Both the position numbers and the translations under genes were made by a program. Shown piece by piece: positions 23,889-36,372 of a DNA stretch of 64,000 nt. The stretch comes from Octopus sinensis (Eukaryota): assembly GCF_006345805.1 (NCBI RefSeq), contig NW_021834235.1, positions 7,027 to 71,026 on the forward strand, read 5' to 3'. Under the pieces are notes generated by a model. It ran no database searches. It had not been told where the DNA came from and saw only the letters and a program-made list of their open reading frames with translations. Positions within the stretch are counted from its first letter, which is position 1. Every line of letters begins with the position of its first letter.

Positions 23889-25896
23889 AATTGAGAAGAA
23901 CCTCATAATTCGTGAAAGAAAGAGAGAGAAAGAATTGGCGAAAGAAAGACAAGGAAAGACAGAATTTGTGAAAGACAGAGAGAATAAGTGTCAGAAAGAG
24001 AGAGGGAGAAAGAATTAGCGAAAGAAACGGAGAACGGATGAAAGAATTAGTGAAGGAAAGATAGTGAGAGAATCAGTGAAAGAGAAAGAGGAAGAAAGTA
24101 CGTGTGGTTATATTTTGTCAACAACTGGATGAAGCAGACGACTGCAATACGATATGGTGGACAGTGACAATTTCTTTAATTGAAATAAATGGTTTTATGA
24201 AAACTAAACATCAACTAAAACATATGGTGAAGTTTAATCCGTAAAATTTGATGAAAATATTTACAAAAATATGTGATACTTTAAATGATAGAAATTGTTT
24301 GTGCTATCGAAGCGTAAGACCAATATTATAGGGAAAGCTCTATAGACTACAGAATATATATCTATACTTTCCGGTGTCCGTAAATGGATGAAAAGGAAGA
24401 TTGACTCTTGTCCGGATTTGAATTCAGTGTTGGGACCGATGTAAAGAATAAGCATTGCTTTATTTGCCTTCTGGACACATAAAAACTAACATTATAATAG
24501 GAATGTATTTTCTTATCTTTATACAATGCATAACTATACAAACAGTACATAAATGTACACACATTTTATATAAATATTTCTGTAGTTATGTAAAGATCAC
24601 GTTTGTGAGATGTCCGTATAGAATGTATGAATATTATTTTAAAGTATTTAGAATAATCATAATGTAAATAGCTGCAGTAAAGTAAAATGACTTCGAAAGT
24701 CGACGAAAGGATCATGCAAAAGTCTAACTCAATTGCATTAGGTTAAAGAATAAATTGAAGAATTTGGTAAATGAAACTCACCTTTAGAAAGGCCCATTTT
24801 GGTTAATTATTTTTAGTAGGATTTTTAGAAGTTATTTCCGTAAAATTGTACAATTATACACTCCGCTTAGCATCCGAGTACATATTTATGGCTGTCGTTT
24901 AGATGTTACTTTTTTAAATTATTTAAGCTTCGGCCACATTCTCAAGTCAACGGATTTTAGATAAATATATAAGAAGTAAAAAATATTTGCCTTTTATAAA
25001 ATTTTATTAATTTTTTTGTTATTTTGTTATTTTTTACTTTTTGATTTGGTTTTTTGATTTTGTGTTTTGTATTCTTTTTTGTAAATAAATAAATAATTTT
25101 CTTCTAAGATCACAATGTTTCCTTGCCTGTCTTTTTTTTTTTTTTTCCTCCTTCACCACTTGTAGCTTCTTCTTCAAGCAATCATCGGCAACTTGTTTGT
25201 TATGGACGTAGAGTCATGTTGTCACATTTATTTATTATAGTTTTTACACATTTCGGCGTGTCTCTACCATTTACAGAATGCATGCAATATGTGTGTAGTT
25301 GCAGCAGCAGCAGCAGCGATTCTTTTAATTTCTACAAAAAAAAGATTCAATGATATCGAGCTATTTAGCTTTCGCTGCTCTTCTACTTAAACATCTTTCT
25401 TTCTGTCTCTCTCTCTCTCTCTTTCTCTCTATCGTCTGCCTTTATATCGTCGCTTGATGTTTTAACTTGGCGGCAGGGCAGGCTGCATGCAATTGGTGAA
25501 GGCGACGGAGGAGCAGCAGGCGAGGAGTTTTAACACCACCTCAACCACTACTTCTCATTTACTTTCCCTTCTTTACTCTCACCCTTTCTTTATACTTCTC
25601 CCTTCTCTCTCCCTCTCTCTCTGTCATTTTCTCTTTCTCCTGTTCTCTATATTATACCTTCCTCCTACCCCCACCAGATTCTGCCTGCTCTTCCTTCTCC
25701 TCCTCTTCCTCCTCTTTCCTCACCTCCTCCTCCACCTCCTCCACAATGTCCTGTATCTGTCTCTGTCTCTTTTCTGTCCCACCCTTTCTCTCTACTGCTG
25801 TCGTTTTTTTCTTTATTACCTTCTCTTCCCACACCTCTTTCATCCATTTCTCTACATTTTCTTGTCTTTTTTATTTTGTCCTCTCACCCCATAACA

Positions 25897-25993
<97 letters not shown>

Positions 25994-26658
25994 ATCTATT
26001 TCTCTATCTACTTCTCCCTCTCTTTCCCGCCTTACTGTTTTTCCTCTCTTTATTCTCCCATCCCACCTTTTAACATTACTACTTCACCCCTCCCAATCAT
26101 TCTTCCCTCCTGTTCCCTCTGCTCTATCTCACAAACCGTACTTCATCTTTCGCTGCCCACTCAACTTCAAACTTTTATTCCCCCTCCCTCTCCTCTCTCT
26201 CTCTCTCTCTCACTCGCTCTCTTTCTCTCTCACAATCCTAGATACGTTTGAAGTTGTCAGCAGACTGGTTTGTATGTAAGGGCGTGAAAGTGTCTACAGA
26301 CACATCATATTGAATGATGAGAGACTATGGAAATTTTACGTGAGAGAAACTTTCACAGGAAGAGAAAGAAAGTGTGAATCAAAACGAGAAAAGTGTGAGA
26401 GGGAGAGAAGAGAGAGAGAGGAGAGAGGAGAGAGGAGTGAGAGGAAGAGAGAAAGAGTCAAAGGAAACAAGAGAGAGAGGAAAAGAGAGATTTACAGAAA
26501 GATGCAAGCAAAATGCGGTGGTTAACGTAGGTAAGATGAAGGGTTGAGAAATAATCGTACACATGCATATAATCACACATTCTGACATATACAGTAGCAT
26601 CTACACCATTATACATATGCGTACATGTGTGTGTGTGCATGTGAGTGTGTGTGTGTGT

Positions 26659-26750
<92 letters not shown>

Positions 26751-26957
26751 AGGTGCATATATAAACATCATTCCGGGTAGCGTGTGTTGGTATGCGTTAG
26801 CAAAGGCGCGCACGCGTTGGTATGCATGTGAGATCGTCTGTAAAAAGGGTGGAGATAAAGTGAATGAGGAAACAGATGTGTACGCCTATGTATATATGTA
26901 TATGTATATATGTATTATATATAATATATATATATATATATAATATATATCTATATA

Positions 26958-26990
<33 letters not shown>

Positions 26991-27446
26991 AATACACGCA
27001 CATATATTATACATACACGTGCGTACATATGTATATACATGCGCTGTATGTATGTATGTGTGTGTGTGTTTGTATGTATGTGTGTGTATGTATATATGTG
27101 TGTATGTATGTATGTGTGTGTGTGTTTGTATGTATGCCATACGAGTTTGGCACACTCCGCACAACTCCACGTCAGACACCGGTAACTGTTGGTTGCGGCA
27201 TTCATTGATGAAGTTCAATCTAAGAACGAGAGGAAGAAAGCAATTTCTTTTTGCTTTCTTTGTAAGATACAACTTTAAATATATTCGCGCCATCTATCTA
27301 TCGATCGATCGATCTATCTAAATAAATAAACAAGAATCTATCTACCGATTTAACTATTAATCTATCAGCCTATCAAGCTATTTATCTACCTATCTAACCT
27401 ATCTATTTATCCGCCAATACATCTACTTAACTCTTTATGCATTATC

Positions 27447-27533
<87 letters not shown>

Positions 27534-27760
27534 GAGCTGGCAGAACCGTTAGCACGCCGAGCGAAATGTGTAGCCGTATTTCGTCTGCCATTACGTTCTG
27601 AGTTCAAATTCCGCCGAGGTCGACTTTGCCTTTCATCTTTTCGGGGTCGATAAATTAAGTACCAGTTACGCACTGGTGTCGATTTAATCGACTTAATTCG
27701 TTTGTCTGCCCTTGTTTGTCCCCTCTATGTTTAGGCCCTTGCAGGTAATAAAGAAACATA
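27534..27760 (+). mobile_element. SINE family A monomer within (ATCT)n
   Basis: gagctggcagaaccgttagc...gtaataaagaaac, with ATCT repeats on both sides. Confidence 0.85.
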
Positions 27761-28076
27761 TCTATCTATCTATCTGTCCGTCTGTGTGCATGTTTGTCTA
27801 TTAATATAGCCATTATGCTACCGAATGTATTTGCATTCTGATATATACGCGTGTATGTTGTTATAACCGTCCGCAAGCGATCGTGTGCGAATGAAGCATA
27901 CCCATTGATATAAACACACACACACACACAAACACACCCATATATTATATTCGTGCTTCTGTGTTTGTATGCGTGTGTGTGCACGCATGTGTAATTTCTC
28001 CCCGCTGACACTCAAACCCCGTTCTCTGTATGTGGGTATGCGTATCATGCTTCAATATGATTGTGTGTGCGTGCGT

Positions 28077-28117
<41 letters not shown>

Positions 28118-28127
28118 GTGTGTGCGT

Positions 28128-28189
<62 letters not shown>

Positions 28190-28834
28190 CTGTGATTCCT
28201 GTGAGTGTGTTTGGTTATCTAACAAGTAGCGTGTATTGCAAAAGATGTGTGTCTATCAGCAGAGCGAATGTCGGCTGCTTACAGATCGTACACGTGTTTT
28301 TAAAACAGTGATACACAGTTATTTAATACCAGAAATGATATTCTTAAGTGACTTTTTTCTGCCTTCTCCTGGGGAGTAAATGTAACTGAAGATATTTGGA
28401 GGAGGGATAAAGAACTTTGAGCGACCGACATGAACTCGAATTGCCCCAACCGGAAATCACAGGCTTCATACATGTTCCGATTCTCAGGAACTTGCGATTT
28501 ACTTCACTGCCATTGTTCTCTGTCTTGCAAAGCATACCTTGAACACTTCGACCCACACGTTCACGTTACTATTTCAACTTGCCGACAAGGATGAATAGGA
28601 TGATAATGATGATGATGATGATGTGGGTGCGTAAGTACGTAATGTATGTATGTATGTATATATGTATGCATTATGTATGTATGTATGTATGTATGTATGT
28701 ATGTATGTATGTATGTATGTATGTATGTATGTATGTATGTATGTATGTATGTGTGTATGTTTGTTTAAGTTTGTTTACGGGAAACGTTTTGAATATGCAT
28801 ATAAAAGCTCCTATTTAACTATGCCGGCTACAGC

Positions 28835-28868
<34 letters not shown>

Positions 28869-28870
<2 letters not shown>

Positions 28871-29255
28871 CGCAGGAGTGGCTGTGTGGTAAGTAGCTTG
28901 CTTCCCAACCACATGGTTCCGGGTTCAGTCCCACTGTGTGGCACCTTGGGCAAGTGTCTTCTACTTTAGCCTTGGGCCAACCATAGCCTCGTGAGTGGAT
29001 TCGGTAGACGGAAACTGAAAGAAGCCCGTCGTATATAGATATGTATGTGGGTGTATATGTTTGTGTCTGTGTTTGTCCCTCCCAATATCGAATGACAACC
29101 GATGCTAGTGTGTTTATGTCCCTGTAACTTAGCTGTTCGACAAAACAGGCCGATAGAATAAGTTCTAGGCTTACAAAGAATAAGTCCTGGGGTCGATGTG
29201 CTCGACTAAAGGCGATGCTCCAGCATGGCCTCAGTCATTTTGACAAGTAAAAGAA
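28869..29255 (+). mobile_element. SINE family B, full-length reference copy
   Basis: ggcgcaggagtggctgtgtggtaag (A-box-like), ggttcagtcc (B-box-like), accttgggcaagtgtctt (CORE-like), and 3' module ending gacaagtaaaag. Confidence 0.9.
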
Positions 29256-29257
29256 TA

Positions 29258-29530
29258 TATGACCATGGGATTGCACCCACAAAGTTACCCTCCAAGGCAC
29301 AAGTCCGGGCAAGGCCAGCAGTCGCCCATGCATACCAGCCTCCCCTCTCCATGTCACTGATTTTATCCAAGGGAAAGGCAAAGGCCGATACAGCTTGGCA
29401 CCAGTGACGTCGCAACTCATTTCTACAGCTGAGTGAATTGGAGCAACGTGAAATAAAGTGTCTTGCTCAAGAACACAACATGCAGCCCGGTCCGGGATTC
29501 AAACTCACAACCTCGCGATCGTAAGCTCAA
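29258..29530 (-). mobile_element. SINE family C
   Basis: Reverse complement of the 16721 element. Confidence 0.85.
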
Positions 29531-29570
29531 CAAATCACTGATCCATGCGCCTTCGCATACACACACACAC

Positions 29571-29610
<40 letters not shown>

Positions 29611-30279
29611 ATATATATATATTACATATATTACAAATATATATTATATATATATATATATATAGATTTTCACAGTAACCACAGTCACTGGCGTAGAAAA
29701 TCTGTTCGAAAACAATAATAAATCTCTGGGCGAGATATAAACAGTAACTGCTCTATAACATAAGAGGGATCAGCCATCTGAATGTGGCTAGGGTCAGGGC
29801 GGGGTGGTGGGGGTGTTACTGATGCATTTAGCCCCAGGCGAACATCGACGTCACCAGAAGAGCTGACACCATCTCGGTGTCCTTGCCAGCCAGCAAAGGG
29901 AGATCAGCCTCCCCGAAGATACAGATACTACACACGGACCGGTTTCGAGGTTATTGCCTCTTATCAACGTATGGTAAGCACCGCTCTTCGTTGAGGGACT
30001 TCCTCTACCGGCTGAGAGAGAGAGAGAGGAAGAAAGAGGGGAGAAAAATTACAGACGGACAGAAAGACACTCAGACAGACAGATAGATCGATCGGTAGGT
30101 AGGCAGCTAATTAGGTTAATGCACGTTCGTTTATGCTTGATGAATGAGAGGGGAGTACTCAAAACAAACGAGGTTTCTTATTAAAACTGAAACGGAGTTT
30201 CACGATATTGCGATCTTCAGACGGAAGTCGCCAGAACAACGCAGTAGCGTGAAAGTTGAGTCCCGAGATAAACTTTCTA

Positions 30280-30493
30280 CTCATATGTTTCAGTCATTTG
30301 ACTGTGGCCATGCTGGAGTACCACCTTTAGTCGAACCCAGGACTTATTCTTTGTAAGCCTAATAGTTATGCTATCGGTGTTTGTGCCGGTCCGCTAAGTT
30401 ACGGGGACGTAAGCATACCAACATCGGTTGTCAAGCGATGGTGGGAGGACAAACACAGAAACACAAATACACACACATATATATATATATACG

Positions 30494-30531
<38 letters not shown>

Positions 30532-30836
30532 GCTCTCTATCTATCTATCTATATATATATATATATAAAAGGCGGCGAGCTGGCAGAAACGTTAGCAAGC
30601 CGGGCGAAATGCGTAGCCGTATTTCGTCTGCCGTTACGTTCTGAGTTCAAATTCCGCCGGGGTAGACTTTGCCTTTCATCCTTTCGGGGTCGATAAATTA
30701 AGTACCAGTTACACACTGGGGTCGATGTAATCGACTTAATCCGTTTGTCTGTCCTTGTTTGTCCACTCTGTGTTTAGCCCCTTGTGGATAGTAAAGAAAT
30801 ATATATATATATATATATAATATATATATAATATAT

Positions 30837-30870
<34 letters not shown>

Positions 30871-31047
30871 ATATATATATGTATATATATATACATATAT
30901 ATATACACGACGAGCTTCTTTCAGTTTCCGTCTACCAAATCCACTTACAAGGCTTTGGTCGAGACGAGGCTGTAGTAGAAGACACTTGCCCAAGGTGCCA
31001 CGCAGTGGGACTGAACCCAGAACCATGTGGTTGGGAAGCAAGCTTCT
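30280..31047 (-). mobile_element. SINE family B interrupted by a family A copy in its central (TA)n
   Basis: 3' module 30280-30480 and head 30905-31047. Confidence 0.8.
30569..30801 (+). mobile_element. SINE family A monomer, young-looking, nested
   Basis: aaggcggcgagctggcagaaacg...gtaaagaaat, flanked by (TA)n. Confidence 0.9.
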
Positions 31048-31293
31048 TTATTTCATATAGATTTGCCATACAGGCATTACAGAGAGGGGACAAACAAAGT
31101 CAGACAAACATAAAGGGTGAAGAAGCTTTTACGTTTTAAAAATGTCAAATCAATCCGATGAAAAAATGAATCGATGAAATATGCCTTAAAAGTTCTAAAT
31201 TTCGAATAAGTCATTGTGTTTCGCAATGAGGAGCATTGAAAGAAAAGCACCCAACAATCTCGTTAGAACCTTTACTTTTTAACCCGACCTCAC

Positions 31294-31840
31294 TTACCTG
31301 GTGCCAATCGCACCCAGCTTGCTCACCACAGGCTTCCATCTTTTCACAAACATATCTCGTGACAGACATTTCTTCTCCAGCCTGATCTTACTACCGAGGT
31401 GGTAACTAAAAATGCGAGCTGCCAGAAACGTTAGGACGCCGGGCGAAATGCTTAGCCGTATTTCGTCTGCCGCTATGTTCTGAGTTCAAATTCCGCCGAA
31501 ATCGACTTTGCCTTTCATCCTTTCGGGGTCGATAAATTAAGTACCAGTTATGCACTGGGGTCCATATAATCGACTTAATCCGTTTGTCTGTCCTTGTTTG
31601 CCGTCTCTGTGTTTAGCCCCTTGTGAGCAGTAGAGAAATAGGTAACTAAAAATGTTAATCAACCTGTGGCCAGAGACAAAGATACCTGTCACTATAACTT
31701 TCACACGCGTCTTCCATACTGTTTTTTTCAGTATGGCTGCTACGCAGAGAAAACAAGCCTTCCTTTCCCTGTTTAGGAAAGGAGGTGGCACAATCTCGTT
31801 GACAGACTCAGCTGATAGCTCTACTCTTGCCATCTTGTCG
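31294..31840 (-). pseudogene. L1/Tx1-like LINE ORF2 C-terminal remnant split by a SINE
   Basis: Removing 31415-31654 restores MARVELSAESVNEIVPPPFLNRERKACFLCVAAILKKTVWKTRVK...HRLINIFSYHLGSKIRLEKKCLSRDMFVKRWKPVVSKLGAIGTR*. The family assignment is from recalled similarity. Confidence 0.55.
31415..31640 (+). mobile_element. SINE family A monomer with 14-bp target-site duplication
   Basis: ggtaactaaaaatg at 31401-31414 and 31641-31654. Confidence 0.9.
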
Positions 31841-31842
31841 TT

Positions 31843-31976
31843 CTTAAGCTGGTGTTTGGAGCACAAATTAACAAGAAATCTCGGTGGAAATGCTACAATG
31901 TAGGTTGCTTTAAAAACGGAAGTTTGTATCATAGGAACCAGGCACGGTCTCAGGTAATCTAGTATTGAAAGATTTA
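31843..31976. mobile_element. Fragment of piggyBac-type MITE family 2
   Basis: aagctggtgtttgg...aaaaacggaagtttgtatc matches 32065-32263. Confidence 0.55.
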
Positions 31977-32064
31977 CAATCAGTAAAGAATTTGACGAAC
32001 GCAGGATTTGGCAGTTGGCCACGCAGAAGCCCACTTATTGACTAATGTAGTTCCTATATTAAAA

Positions 32065-32263
32065 CCCGTTTGTTACTAATTTCTTTTGACATCCACCATC
32101 TTTGTTTCAGTTTTTAAAATAATATAGAATTTAATAAAATAACCTTAGTATTATTGAGCTGGTGTTGGAAAGATAAATTAACATGGAATTTTGATGGGAG
32201 GTTTTCATTTAGATCACTTTGAAACAGGAAGTCGTATCTCAAGTGGATTGGTATCGAAAAGGG
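32065..32263. mobile_element. piggyBac-type MITE family 2, degenerate
   Basis: Ends cccgtttgttact / ggtatcgaaaaggg; homologous in the opposite orientation to 59461-59660. Confidence 0.55.
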
Positions 32264-32794
32264 TAAATATATTGATATAGCATATCTACCCATTTTTATT
32301 TTTTTCTCCTTAAACCTCTCAATGTATGGGGAAAGACAGGATGTCTTTTGAAAATCAATTAAACAGGGAATAAATTCGGGTTAATACTGTGACTATATAT
32401 ATTCAACAAAATATGATATTCTATTAGATTCAATGGAATGTCTCGAGCTAGGCTTGCGGCAAATTTAATGAGCACGGAAATCACTTAACGTCGTCTGGTT
32501 AGGAGGTTATATAGCTGGGCGTTTACAAGGAGCTGTCACTAATATTCTTTCTTCCTTTGTCGTTTTAGGATCGATAAAATAAATAAGAATATACTAAGGT
32601 CATATCTTTTAGTATTTCGTTCCATATTACAAATTTGGCCTTGGGTCAACGATAACAGAGAAAAAAAAAACAGTATTCTGGATAATTTACAAATTTCTGC
32701 TTCAAAATGAAAAATGAAATTAACAATCTGACCTACATAATTAAACTAAGTTGCTTTTACTTCTAGTGTTGTACACTTTCATGTGTATGTGTAC

Positions 32795-32831
<37 letters not shown>

Positions 32832-32926
32832 TAGATATATGAGAGAAAATAGAGATTAATTAATTCATAATTATATTTATTAATTGCACAAAACAGATGT
32901 AATCATTAATTAATTAATCCCTTATT

Positions 32927-33000
32927 AATTAATTAATCTTTATTTTCTTAATTTCGTTATATATATATAACGAAATTGCGAAAATAGAGATTAATCAATT
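32927..33000. repeat. Inverted repeat centred on (TA)n: two copies of the same terminus head-to-head
   Basis: aattaattaatctttattttcttaatttcgtta / taacgaaattgcgaaaatagagattaatcaatt. Confidence 0.7.
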
Positions 33001-33050
33001 AATAATTATATTTATTAATTGCCAAAAAAAAAAAAAACACAGACATAATC

Positions 33051-33130
33051 CCTGATAGCTGTTTCGATTCCGACTTTAAAGATTTTAATTGTAATAATTA
33101 AATCATTATAAAATAGAATCTGGTCGGAGG
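33051..33130 (-). ncRNA. Degenerate hammerhead-like motif
   Basis: Minus strand reads CCT-CCGACCA-GATTC-[45 nt]-GAATC-GAA-AC-AGCT-AT-C-AGG; core has U4C and G8C. Confidence 0.45.
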
Positions 33131-33343
33131 CATTAAAAGAATTACTATTACGTTTTTGTATGTCGAGTGTACGGAACATCTCAGCCGAGAACTGTTTTAG
33201 GGATAAATTTCCTATAGAGCTTATAAAGAATAATATCGGTGGATATTTGTATCCCTAATGGGGCTTATTTTTACCTCTAATTGAAATATATAGACATACA
33301 CACATATACACACACCACACCACACACACACCACACACAAAAC

Positions 33344-33374
<31 letters not shown>

Positions 33375-33454
33375 ATATATACATATGCATGTATATATGT
33401 ATATATATATGTGTGTATATATATATATGTATATATATATATAATATATAATAT

Positions 33455-33487
<33 letters not shown>

Positions 33488-33604
33488 AATGTATATATAT
33501 ATATATATATACACATATATATACATATATATATACATATGTATGTATATATGTGTATATATATATGTATATATAATGTATGTATGTATAAATATATATA
33601 TATA

Positions 33605-33748
33605 TCTGTGGTTCTTTCCGTTGAAGAGCGTAGGCTCGAATCGTAAAAGACTTTCTCACTTCCCGAGCGTTAAACTAATACATCTGTTTGTTGTTTATAC
33701 ACCTGTCTCGTCTTCTTTTATTTTGTTTTTTTTTGTAAATTCCAACTA

Positions 33749-33749
<1 letters not shown>
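33605..33749 (+). mobile_element. Short repeat carrying a hammerhead-like motif at 33613-33650
   Basis: TCTTT-CCGTTGA-A-GAGC-GTAG-GCTC-GAA-TCGT-A-AAAGA; lies between (TA)n and (CA)n. Confidence 0.5.
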
Positions 33750-33781
<32 letters not shown>

Positions 33782-33784
33782 ACA

Positions 33785-33842
<58 letters not shown>

Positions 33843-34126
33843 GATAGATACAAGAATAAGTGAGTGAGAGAAGTAGAATATGAAAACATTACAGACATGT
33901 AAACTAAATACAATGAATCATACCAGAGGAAGGAGCTCGGAACCATTCAGAAGCGAACGAAATGTTTTGTCGGTTCGACAGTGGTTTCGTTAATGAGGAA
34001 TATACTAAGGAGGGAATATACTACACTGTAGGAAATATTTCAGTTTAACAAATGTTGAAGTAAGTACACGTGTAAGTGAATATATGAAAACTGAACCAAG
34101 TTTTAAAAGATTATGTTTAGTTGAAT

Positions 34127-34729
34127 CAGTGTTTCTCAACAGGGTTCACATGACCCTTGGTGAGGTCCATATAAGATTTTGTTGCTAAAATATCTGTGCA
34201 ATAAATTGCTTATGCTTCTACAATACACAAAATATGTTAACAAAATATTTATACAATTTCTAATGATATTTAATTATAAAAATATAAAAGGACTAACACT
34301 TTGACCCGGCGTTGCCGGGTCATAGTGCTAGTGCATGCATATACAGTGGCGTGCGTGCGGGAGTACTGACCAAATCTCCAACCAATCACATACAGCTAGC
34401 TGGCATTCAATTGGCGTATCAAGTTTCAGGCATTTTGACTGGGTTTTGGATAGAAAATTCACAAAAATTCACTTCTATTGATTTTTTAATGGCTTTGCAG
34501 GGTAACTGGGGAAATGTAAAAATGTGCACGACCACCCTTGGACGGTTTTGAATGACCATAGAAAGTCCGAGCCCTCTAATTGAAAAATTGTGGATTTTTA
34601 TAAAGGACACACACACACACACACAGACATTTTGGAGATTTTTAAACATCGAATGTCTATGAGGGCCAACATGAGCAAAATAGGAACCAAAGATGTTCAC
34701 AGGTAAAAAGAAACGATTGAGGATCACTG
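34127..34729. mobile_element. hAT-type MITE interrupted by a Helitron-like element
   Basis: TIR-like ends cagtgtttctcaac / gattgaggatcactg; 8-bp flanks agttgaat / aattaaat match at 6 of 8 positions. Confidence 0.55.
34293..34638 (-). mobile_element. Non-autonomous Helitron-like element
   Basis: Inserted A|...|T. Minus 5' end is TC and 3' end is TTAG. A perfect 9-bp GC-rich hairpin TGACCCGGC-GTT-GCCGGGTCA (34302-34322) lies just inside the 3' end. Confidence 0.65.
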
Positions 34730-34805
34730 AATTAAATCCAATATACGTTTTATCCTAATAGTCTGATTATCTAATCTTGTGTGTATCGCATAGACTCAGA
34801 TGAGT

Positions 34806-35049
34806 GAAGGCGCGTGGCTTAGTGGTTAAGGGTGTTGGACTCATGATCGTAAGATTGTGGTTTCGATTCCTGGACTGGGTGACGCGTTGTGTTCTTCAGC
34901 AAAACACTTCATCTCACGTTGCTCCAGTTCATTCAGCCGGCAAGAATGAGTAACCAGTCTAGGTGGGGAATATATACACCACAGAAATCGGGAAACCGGC
35001 CCTCGTGAGTCGGTATGATTCAAGAAGGTTACCTTTACTTTACCTTTAA
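34806..35049 (+). mobile_element. SINE family C variant with 12-bp target-site duplication
   Basis: actcagatgagt at 34794-34805 and 35050-35061; (TTTACC)-like tail. Confidence 0.85.
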
Positions 35050-35082
35050 ACTCAGATGAGTTGTTGTTTGAATTAAGCATGA

Positions 35083-35457
35083 AGGCGGGAAAGATATGCA
35101 GTGATGTACGTCTGGAAGATCCTGGGAAGTCTTGTGGCAAACTTTATCATTGAAAGTTACACATACAGCAGAACGGGGCACCGCTAAATAGTGCCAAAGG
35201 TCCCAACATCATCATCATGATACAGGGTCAGATATTGCAACAGCTTGGGTTTGAAGGGCCCACATCTCTTCAATATTTTTCCAAAAAGCCTGAAATACAT
35301 CCGTGGAGTGGATGTAGGTGTCTTCAAAACAAGACTGCATCTCTTCCTATCAAGAGTTATGGATGAGTCTACCGCGTGGCAGGAAACGCATATGAAGGAA
35401 GCAGCATTAATCTCCCTCATTCTTCGATTGCTACATATCAGAGGAAGTTTCAAGTAG
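35083..35457 (+). pseudogene. CR1/L2-like LINE ORF2 C-terminal remnant
   Basis: Single frame with two stops: RRERYAVMYVWKIL...RYCNSLGLKGPHLFNIFPKSL...VDVGVFKTRLHLFLSRVMDE. Resembles the RRER / GPxLFNxLP / FKxxLDxFL motifs of this clade. Confidence 0.7.
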
Positions 35458-35809
35458 TGAAGGTATAGTAAAGCTAACAGCACGGTTGCAGTTCTCGAGT
35501 TGAAACTAGTAAAAAAGTTTAAGAGTTTATAATTAGAACCAATTCTGGTTACCAGATAATAATAGAAAGAGAGGAACATTCCGATGTGTTGAGGGGAGCA
35601 AGAATTCATCGATCATTATTTCTGAAAGAAGAAATATCTCGATGACATTTGCGGCGAATGAATGCAGATAATAATAGACAACACCTGCAAATGATTATAA
35701 AAGTACAATCTGAGGTTAGTGTATGTTCCGAAACGTAGAGTGATGATGCTACAACAGTAAAATCTTGCAAACGTTAATTTCAGCTTTTCTTATTAATAAC
35801 TGTATTGTT

Positions 35810-36372
35810 TGTATCCGGGTAAACTAACAGCTGGGTGTTCAAGGAAGACTTTAAAAGTAACTTGTAGCGACTTCTTTTGAAAACGAACAAAATTTAGCAT
35901 CGTGGTATTTATCAAGTCCCTGCAGAAAAAGAGTTTAGCCTCCAAGAACATTCATGCTGATATTGTTGCTGCATTAGAAGATGACGCTCTAGCGTTATCA
36001 GCAGTGTAAGAATGGTCAGCTAGGAGTGGAAGGGACAGTATTGAAGATGACCCAAAGTTTGGGCGTCCTGCAGCGACCACCTCCGAGGAAAAAAAATTGA
36101 TTGTATTCACCACATGGTGATTGATGACAGGCGATTGATTATAAATAAAGTAGTCAATTCTATTAGCAAACCCTGTGAGAGAGTTGAGAATATTCTGCAC
36201 AATGATCTTGGCATGACCAAGGTTACTACTTGGTGGGGTCACGTATTCTGACACTTAATCAAAAGCGCACCAGGATGATCACATCACGGGTAAATCTGAC
36301 CTTGTTTCAGGCAGACCCAACTGGTTTCCTTCAACATTTCATAGCCTATGAACTTTTTAGCCCAACCTCGTA
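35810..36372 (+). mobile_element. Internally deleted mariner (Tc1/mariner) transposon
   Basis: Decayed N-terminal transposase (KNIHADIVAAL..., EDDPKFGRPA, NILHNDLGMTKV, NQKRTRMITSRVNLTLFQADP) runs directly into a TIR-like end aactttttagcccaacctcgTA. Confidence 0.75.

Noticed and set aside
25487-26279. 135- and 177-aa Leu/Phe/Ser-rich ORFs suggesting membrane proteins
   Set aside because: They derive from polypyrimidine (CT/CCT/ATCT)n tracts.
30186-30226. Minus-strand CTGAAGA...GAAAC
   Set aside because: No convincing stem I or stem II.
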